Shown here piece after piece: positions 1 through 5,245 of a DNA stretch of 32,000 bases; within the stretch, counting starts at the first letter, position 1, and every line of letters starts with the position of its first letter. Under the pieces are notes generated by a model. The model worked only from the letters and a program-made list of their open reading frames with translations. It had not been told where the DNA came from and ran no database searches. The position numbers and the translations under genes are program-made. Source of the stretch: Coprobacillaceae bacterium (lineage in GTDB: Bacteria > Bacillota_I > Bacilli_A > Erysipelotrichales > Coprobacillaceae); contig OY776328.1 in NCBI GenBank assembly GCA_963675515.1, forward strand, positions 930,001 through 962,000. Direction: 5' to 3'.

Positions 1-507
1 GAATATTCCGCAATCCTGATGCAACGCACACTTTTAAGCGAACGAATCAATGGCGAACCGCTGGTCTTGCACTCCGATAACGGTGGTCCGATGAAGGCAG
101 CTACATTTCTGGGGATGCTCGAGAATCTTGGTGTGCAAAGCTCATTTTCTAGACCGCGGGTAAGCAACGATAATCCATATTCTGAATCGTTGTTTAAGAC
201 ATTTAAATATATGCCAAAATACCCCACAAGCGGTTTTGAATCACTCACACACGCTAGAAGCTGGGTCAATGAATTTGTACAATGGTACAACGAAATTCAC
301 TTACACAGCGGAATCAAATACGTGACACCCGCCAGTCGCCATCGAGGGGAAGATGCTGCGATACTGCAAAAAAGGAAAGAAGTTTATGCTGAAGCTAAAA
401 TGAAAAACCCTGAACGATGGAGTGGATCAGCCAGAGACTGGTCCTGGATTGAAGCAGTTGCCCTAAATCCGACAAAAGAAAGTGAATTATTGATCAACGA
501 AGTTTAA
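1..507 (+). CDS. rve-type (IS3/IS481-like) DDE transposase, C-terminal part; 5' end off-window
   Basis: Frame +1 is open from base 1 (GAA TAT TCC GCA ATC CTG precede the ATG at 19) to TAA 505-507. HSDNGGPMKA...SRPRVSNDNPYSESLFKTFKY...WYNEIHLHSGIKYVTP is the integrase-core region plus C-terminal tail typical of rve transposases. The right IS end must lie in 508-610 but I could not define it. Confidence 0.85.
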   Translation, partial: EYSAILMQRTLLSERINGEPLVLHSDNGGPMKAATFLGMLENLGVQSSFSRPRVSNDNPYSESLFKTFKYMPKYPTSGFESLTHARSWVNEFVQWYNEIHLHSGIKYVTPASRHRGEDAAILQKRKEVYAEAKMKNPERWSGSARDWSWIEAVALNPTKESELLINEV

Positions 508-610
508 CAAGCGCAACTCAAGAATTTGCATAATTAATATGAAAAAAATGCGTCAACTATATTGACAAATACCGTAAATTGATAATAATCTCAGACATTA
601 AATACATGTG

Positions 611-1318
611 CTATCCTCCAAAAAATTTCAAAAACAGATTTTGTACATCTTTCATTTTTGATCTCCCTACCGGAATTGAGTCTCCGTTAGAAATTTGAAC
701 ATACTGACTTTTAAACGAAGCCACATAGTTCAAATTTACAATGTATGACCTATGTATTCTAAACATATCATGGTCAATCAACAAATCTTCAATTTTTGAA
801 ATTGGAATATTGATTTGCTTTTCTTCTTCTATCATATGAAATATGCAATTATGTTTATCTGACTCAACATACATAATGGATTTTGTATCTATCGTATAGT
901 AACCGTTTGATGCGTCTAAACGAATTAATCTGTCGATGTTTTTTTGAAGAGAATTAGCAATCTGATCTAATGTTTTATTTAATCTAGTCTGGTTGACGGG
1001 CTTTACAATATAATCCAGCGCAGACACCTCATATCCATTGATTGCAAACTGGCTGTGTGAAGTAATAAAACATATTATGATATTCTTATTGTTTTTCCTG
1101 AGCTCTTTAGCAAATTCAATACCGGAAATTTCAGGAATTTCTATATCGAGTAGTGCCACATCGCAGTCCATTGCTTCTCCAGGAATCATGTATGATACTT
1201 TATTGGTAACGGTAAATTCTACAATGTTATTTGTGTTTTTTGCCCAATTGTCGATATATCCAATTAAAATGTCCCGGTCTATTTTAGAATCTTCAGCGAT
1301 GAAAAAACTAATGTTCAT
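611..1318 (-). CDS. LytTR-family two-component response regulator (REC + LytTR DNA-binding domain), AgrA/ComE-like
   Basis: Track ORF is 611..1447. I trimmed it to the ATG at 1318 (MNISFFIAEDS...), which is preceded by GAGGGG plus an 8-nt spacer. Receiver residues are intact: E9-D10, D in LLDIEIP, T in FITSH, K in YIVKP. The C-terminal half (FRIHRSYIVNLNYV...) is the LytTR signature. No histidine kinase gene is adjacent. Confidence 0.9.
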   Translation of the reverse strand: MNISFFIAEDSKIDRDILIGYIDNWAKNTNNIVEFTVTNKVSYMIPGEAMDCDVALLDIEIPEISGIEFAKELRKNNKNIIICFITSHSQFAINGYEVSALDYIVKPVNQTRLNKTLDQIANSLQKNIDRLIRLDASNGYYTIDTKSIMYVESDKHNCIFHMIEEEKQINIPISKIEDLLIDHDMFRIHRSYIVNLNYVASFKSQYVQISNGDSIPVGRSKMKDVQNLFLKFFGG

Positions 1319-1736
1319 GTAATTATCCCCTCTCTCATTTTGTTTCAATTCTACATGATTGTAACATATATTTTGCAGTTTGTATAATTGTTCCGAACAT
1401 AAATCCGTCAATATAAAGGATACAGGAGAGTATTTTTGTATAAACATAATACATTACTTAATTAATCATCAAATACAGGTGAGCACGGTATTGGATTATT
1501 GTCGATTTTGAAAAATCACCAAATGTCGCGCATTTTGGATGTAGTAATATTTCTTCGTTACTGACTATGAACTCCAAGATGTATCTGTTGGCTAATTAAG
1601 AAACATTATTTTTTTGTTCAATTATTTTCTTTGGTGTTGTTGTTGGTGCAAAAATTTTGCTTTTCATGCTCAATAGTGGAATCTAAAGAAATTTGATGTT
1701 TAAAATTAATTATACTAAATGAGAGGAGATAATCGA

Positions 1737-1856
1737 ATGGAATCAAAAAAAGTTGTGAAATTTTTGATAAAAATATCACAGGCTGCTAGCGACATAACTT
1801 GCTGGGGTGCATTTTTTCAACCTGATGCGCCAAAACGAAAATTTATTTCAAAATAA
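1737..1856 (+). CDS. agrD: AgrD-like cyclic (thiolactone) autoinducer-peptide precursor, 39 aa; below the ORF-track size cutoff
   Basis: ATG 1737 to TAA 1854-1856 encodes MESKKVVKFLIKISQAASDITCWGAFFQPDAPKRKFISK. SD GAGAGGAG lies at 1721-1728, 8 nt upstream. An amphipathic basic leader is followed by C-x4-F-Q-P-D-x-P-K, collinear with clostridial AgrD (CLWFT-HQPEEPK as I recall it). It is divergent from the LytTR regulator. Confidence 0.6.
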   Translation: MESKKVVKFLIKISQAASDITCWGAFFQPDAPKRKFISK

Positions 1857-1878
1857 GTGGGATCTATAAATGATTATT

Positions 1879-2025
1879 TGAATGACCATATTACACAGGC
1901 TGCAATTCTATGGGGTTGCGAAAATACGGTAACTGATATGAAATGACTAATTTGTTGGATTATTAAGCGGCTAAATTTAGAAATTTCACAACCAAAATCC
2001 TTGACTTGAGATATGTGGTCATTCA
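1879..2025 (+). mobile_element. MITE-like ~147-bp element, copy A
   Basis: Begins TGAATGACCATAT (1879-1891) and ends ATGTGGTCATTCA (2013-2025); the arms are complementary at 12/13. It is flanked by the direct repeat ATAAATGATTA (1866-1876 and 2025-2035). Its left ~25 bp and right ~50 bp are shared with copy B. It ends 27 nt before the ATG at 2053. Confidence 0.55.
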
Positions 2026-2052
2026 TAAATGATTAAAAGAAAGAGGTAAATT

Positions 2053-3096
2053 ATGAGTTTTAGAAGAGCAACATGTACAGGTATGGCATTATTATTAGTC
2101 GGTACGCTTATGACATCGAAAATAATTGATTACAGAAGTCGAGATTTAAATAGGCAATTAGATGGATATTATTTGTCAGATAAATCCGCAAATATTTTGT
2201 CAAATGCCTTACTTACTGAAAATGAAGTAACAAATACAGATGATTATTATGTGAAGCACGATCAATTAATACTGGACGAGCTTGATTTAGAAGTTAAAGA
2301 TAATATGCTAATTCGCACAAAAAAATCAGATTCTTTAAATGCAACATCTCAATTAAAATCGCTAAATTCTTCGATTAATAAAAACTCAGGTTTTGAAAAA
2401 AGGTTGGTAAAAATTATTTCTGACGAACAACAAAAAAATCGAAATATTGCGGCAATTGGAGTTTCTACAATATTTTTTGAAAATAGTACGGACACTGAAG
2501 TTAAAGATTTAGAGCCATTAAAATATACTGATTTTGAAAATTTTGTCGTGAATGAACGTGGTAATAATGTGTTCGATAAGTCGTTTGATGCAAATGATTT
2601 ATTGATTCAAACAGCTGGGACTCCTACTGAATATGGAAGCTTAACACTTTCAATTGTTGTTTCAATCGATAATTGGAATACAGATTTAGCATTTGCGACC
2701 TCATATTCTGATTGGAACCCATCATTGACTGAGGAGTTGTTTGGGTCGGACAAAATCAAACCGGATCCAGAAAATACTGATTATGTGACCCTCACGAATC
2801 CATCTTGTTATTATATGTATTCGGAAGCTCTTTCGGGTACATGCACTGACAAGTTTAGAGAAATGAAAACTTACAGTTCAGTTATTTATGGTTTTGATGA
2901 ACATAATGGACGAACTACGTTGTCTACGGCAGGAGAGTTATCGTCTACTCCGTCGGGCGTTAGAGAGTGGACAACAACATATTTACATACATGGGAGACA
3001 ATAGCACCTTCATTTAGCATTAGTAGCACTGGAGTTTCTATTTCTGGAACACCAAGTGACAAATCATGGCAACTAACAAGTTACATCCGTTATTAG
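2053..3096 (+). CDS. hypothetical secreted or membrane-anchored protein, 347 aa, no family recognised
   Basis: ATG is preceded by AAGAGG (2041-2046). N-terminal hydrophobic signal/anchor is MALLLVGTLMTS. An N/S/K-rich linker follows, then a C-terminal S/T/W/Y-rich, beta-strand-like region ending SYIRY. It is a long uninterrupted ORF in AT-rich DNA. Confidence 0.75.
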   Translation: MSFRRATCTGMALLLVGTLMTSKIIDYRSRDLNRQLDGYYLSDKSANILSNALLTENEVTNTDDYYVKHDQLILDELDLEVKDNMLIRTKKSDSLNATSQLKSLNSSINKNSGFEKRLVKIISDEQQKNRNIAAIGVSTIFFENSTDTEVKDLEPLKYTDFENFVVNERGNNVFDKSFDANDLLIQTAGTPTEYGSLTLSIVVSIDNWNTDLAFATSYSDWNPSLTEELFGSDKIKPDPENTDYVTLTNPSCYYMYSEALSGTCTDKFREMKTYSSVIYGFDEHNGRTTLSTAGELSSTPSGVREWTTTYLHTWETIAPSFSISSTGVSISGTPSDKSWQLTSYIRY

Positions 3097-3213
3097 CGAA
3101 TCTCAATTGTACTTTAAACGACTGATAATTTTATGATATAATCGGGGGGCATGTAATGTCTATATTTTCATTGTACAAATTGACTATGAAAATTGAAATG
3201 ACTACCCTAATCT

Positions 3214-3360
3214 TGAATGACCATATGCCACAGGAGCATGTCTTTTGGCTTGTGAAAGGATAGTGTTTTAACTAGTATGTAGAAATTTGGTACGTTTTTG
3301 AGTGACAAAATTTCTAAATTTCACAACTGAAAATTTCAACCTGAGCCATGTGGTCATTCA
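3214..3360 (+). mobile_element. MITE-like ~147-bp element, copy B
   Basis: Has the same terminal inverted repeats as copy A: TGAATGACCATAT (3214-3226) and ATGTGGTCATTCA (3348-3360). It is flanked by the direct repeat ACCCTAATCT (3204-3213 and 3363-3372). A paralogous unoccupied site lies at 4693-4760. It ends 66 nt before the ATG at 3427. Confidence 0.55.
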
Positions 3361-3426
3361 AAACCCTAATCTAAAAATGCTAAAATATGGAGGAAAAAGA
3401 CTATCAAGAATATTATATGGATTTTA

Positions 3427-3882
3427 ATGATATTAATATTTTCCGGATGCTCATTAAATGGTATAGGCACTAATCCCGAAAAAGCAATGTCAGATATAAT
3501 TGCAGAAAAATATGGGGAAGCAAATATATTATACCAAAACATTTGTAATGAATACGTTTCCGGAATATTTGAAAAAGGTGATGACGTAACCTTGGTTATC
3601 TTAGAAAAAGCAGGGGATAAATATGAGTTTTTTGGGTCTTCCAGCTACGATAAGAATAAGGCAAGTTACGGAATGTATAATTTTGTCAATGAAGATAACT
3701 TACTGGTTGTTTTTGCAGAAAATACCAACTTCAAATATGAGAGTTTGACTATAAATTATTTTAATAAAACGGATTCTAATGAAACGCTTGAGATAAAAGA
3801 CATTGTTGAGACTGATCAATATATATGCAACATGTATCTATTACCTTCGTGTTATCAATACAAAAATCTGCAATTATATTAA
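3427..3882 (+). CDS. putative lipoprotein, 151 aa from the ATG; true start may be further upstream
   Basis: Lipobox LIFSGC follows immediately after the ATG. The frame is open back to 3370 and encodes a full signal peptide (RKKTIKNIIWILMILIFSGC). A strong SD GGAGG lies at 3389-3393, but no canonical start codon occurs between it and 3427. Confidence 0.7.
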   Translation: MILIFSGCSLNGIGTNPEKAMSDIIAEKYGEANILYQNICNEYVSGIFEKGDDVTLVILEKAGDKYEFFGSSSYDKNKASYGMYNFVNEDNLLVVFAENTNFKYESLTINYFNKTDSNETLEIKDIVETDQYICNMYLLPSCYQYKNLQLY

Positions 3883-3920
3883 GTATTACTACTCAATCAA
3901 TCTTAGTTCCCGGGTGACTT

Positions 3921-4196
3921 TTATAACCACACATCAGGATTTTGGTATTCTGACCGGGATTCAATGCCGAATGCTTTGTAGCAGTCATTCGCCTTCTCCA
4001 AAGCTTCCTGTGTGATTACGGCATTATCATATACTTTACATTTTTGGTTTCGCAGGTTCAGGAACAATGAGTGAGGATTAATTTTAGTCTCCTTCAACTT
4101 GTCTTGAACCATTTTACAAAACTCAGTTGCGATGAATATCAACAACAGGTGGCCTCTAAATGTATCCCCGTTTTGCACTCGAAACAGTAATAGCAC
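3921..4196 (-). pseudogene. C-terminal fragment of an IS4/IS1634-like DDE transposase
   Basis: RVQNGDTFRGHLLLIFIATEF...ITQEALEKANDCYKAFGIE resembles the C-terminal tail of IS1634/IS4-type transposases (R.H......GH.f..FiAL... then ...aFGI). Only about 90 codons are open, the apparent start is a GTG artefact and no catalytic core is present. Confidence 0.55.
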
Positions 4197-4276
4197 GGCA
4201 TAGTTCCTATATGATACATCTTAATGTGTTACACTTGTTTCGTTAAAGAGTATATATAAGTGATTGGAGGAGTGTT

Positions 4277-4498
4277 ATGAATCTTATGCAAGCAGTGGTA
4301 TTTATTGGGGGATTCACTATATGGATTTCGTCAATAATATTTATTACGAGTCTATTGTCGGCGATTAAATTGATACACGAAGGTAGGCCCCATGGAACTG
4401 TAACATTTGTGTGCGCTACTAGTTTTTTATTGACGATAGCACCTATCATGATTGGTATAGTATTAGCCACTGTAGGTAACGTGTTAAATTTCCGGTAG
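4277..4498 (+). CDS. small two-TM membrane protein, 73 aa, unknown function
   Basis: GGAGG at 4266-4270 lies 6 nt before the ATG. There are two hydrophobic helices (VVFIGGFTIWISSIIFITSLL and FLLTIAPIMIGIVLATV). The overlapping 104-aa minus-strand ORF has no SD. Confidence 0.6.
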   Translation: MNLMQAVVFIGGFTIWISSIIFITSLLSAIKLIHEGRPHGTVTFVCATSFLLTIAPIMIGIVLATVGNVLNFR

Positions 4499-4730
4499 TT
4501 ACAGTTTAATAAAAAATTAACCAAATTAATAATGAGGTCGAAGTTTTTTGTTGGCAATAGTAAATGGCAAAATTTAACTCAAAAGTGCCATGTTCTACGC
4601 AAATGAAAATACCTTTATATGTATAATATGGGGCTAAACATTGTACCGATATATATTGCTGCTGTGTATAGTTTTGAATGATGGACCGCGTTAATTGAAA
4701 CGACTACTCTGATCTAAAAATGTTAAAATT

Positions 4731-4781
4731 TTGAGGAAAGAGATTATCAAGAAAATTATTGGTATAAATGCAAAACATTAA
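4731..4781 (+). pseudogene. truncated paralogue of the lipoprotein gene 5' end
   Basis: TTG AGG AAA GAG ATT ATC AAG AAA ATT ATT... (LRKEIIKKIIGINAKH, then stop) aligns at DNA level with 3388-3420 (TGG AGG AAA AAG ACT ATC AAG AAT ATT ATA), upstream of and in frame with 3427..3882. Confidence 0.4.
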
Positions 4782-4904
4782 ACTTTTATACCATGACAGA
4801 CATTGAAAATTGTATGAGTTATGCATAAATAAGCCTTTTAGATTTTATGCAGACGGGGTTGGGATTAAACTTGAAATTAACGTATTAATTTGAGGCGAAC
4901 TATA

Positions 4905-5177
4905 ATGATTTTATTATTTAAATACAAAAGGCTCTATTCAACGATTTATATAAATGACTTTATTAAGATCACCGATACCCTGATGAAAAACCAAATAGAT
5001 TTTACCCACCGAGTCAAGAATTTGGGATGCGATAGATTATTTGAATCGAATAGGAGATCAAAAGGGACAACAAGTTTGGGCTCTGATTCAATCAAAGAAT
5101 ATATTGTGTATGTGAATAAATCGGAATATGGAAAAGCGTGTAATAGTTTTGGGTTATCAGACAAGTTCCGGTGGTAG
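4905..5177 (+). CDS. hypothetical small protein, 90 aa
   Basis: The track ORF starts at TTG 4890. The ATG at 4905 has GAGG 9 nt upstream. The sequence has an alpha/beta-looking pattern but I recognise no family. Its stop TAG (5175-5177) lies inside the IS66 target duplication, so the ORF is not disrupted. Confidence 0.4.
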   Translation: MILLFKYKRLYSTIYINDFIKITDTLMKNQIDFTHRVKNLGCDRLFESNRRSKGTTSLGSDSIKEYIVYVNKSEYGKACNSFGLSDKFRW

Positions 5178-5245
5178 TATTGTAAGCGTCAAATAGAGCG
5201 GTGGAAGAATATTCTGATGCAAGGAAAAAGGAATCCGCGGACAAT

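Noticed and set aside
1038-1322. 94-aa plus-strand ORF inside the LytTR gene. Similar antisense ORFs include 4243..4557, 5217..5456, 6798..7076 and 7305..7499.
   Set aside because: All lie fully antisense to genes with clear family signatures. They have no SD and low-complexity, hydrophobic translations typical of shadow frames.
1596-1667. 23-codon minus-strand ORF (MKSKIFAPTTTPKKIIEQKNNVS) in the regulator/agrD intergenic region.
   Set aside because: It has no SD upstream, no recognisable peptide motif, and overlaps the T-rich tract.
1600-1686. Open 28-codon hydrophobic frame (ETLFFCSIIFFGVVVGAKILLFMLNSGI) ending 50 nt before the agrD-like ATG. This is where the C-terminal TM segment of an agrB gene would sit.
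   Set aside because: It has no start codon and is preceded by an in-frame stop. I could find no AgrB catalytic His/Cys motif upstream, and T-rich DNA gives such frames by chance. At most it is an unprovable agrB remnant.
3156-3263. 35-codon ORF (MSIFSLYKLTMKIEMTTLILNDHMPQEHVFWLVKG) with a G-rich stretch upstream.
   Set aside because: It runs across the left boundary of MITE copy B. In the paralogous empty site the equivalent frame is closed by stops, so it is most likely created by the insertion.
3803-4015. 70-aa plus-strand ORF overlapping the end of the lipoprotein gene and the transposase fragment.
   Set aside because: It overlaps two better-supported features, has no SD, and its composition is implausible.
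4946-5164. 72-aa minus-strand ORF. Once the IS66 and one target-duplication copy are removed, it stays open up to a strong AAGGAGG at about 8026-8032, which suggests a gene disrupted by the IS.
   Set aside because: The reconstituted frame has no ATG, GTG or TTG near the SD (only ATA). It is fully antisense to 4905..5177, which has an ATG and a more protein-like sequence, and I recognised no family. It remains a possibility only.
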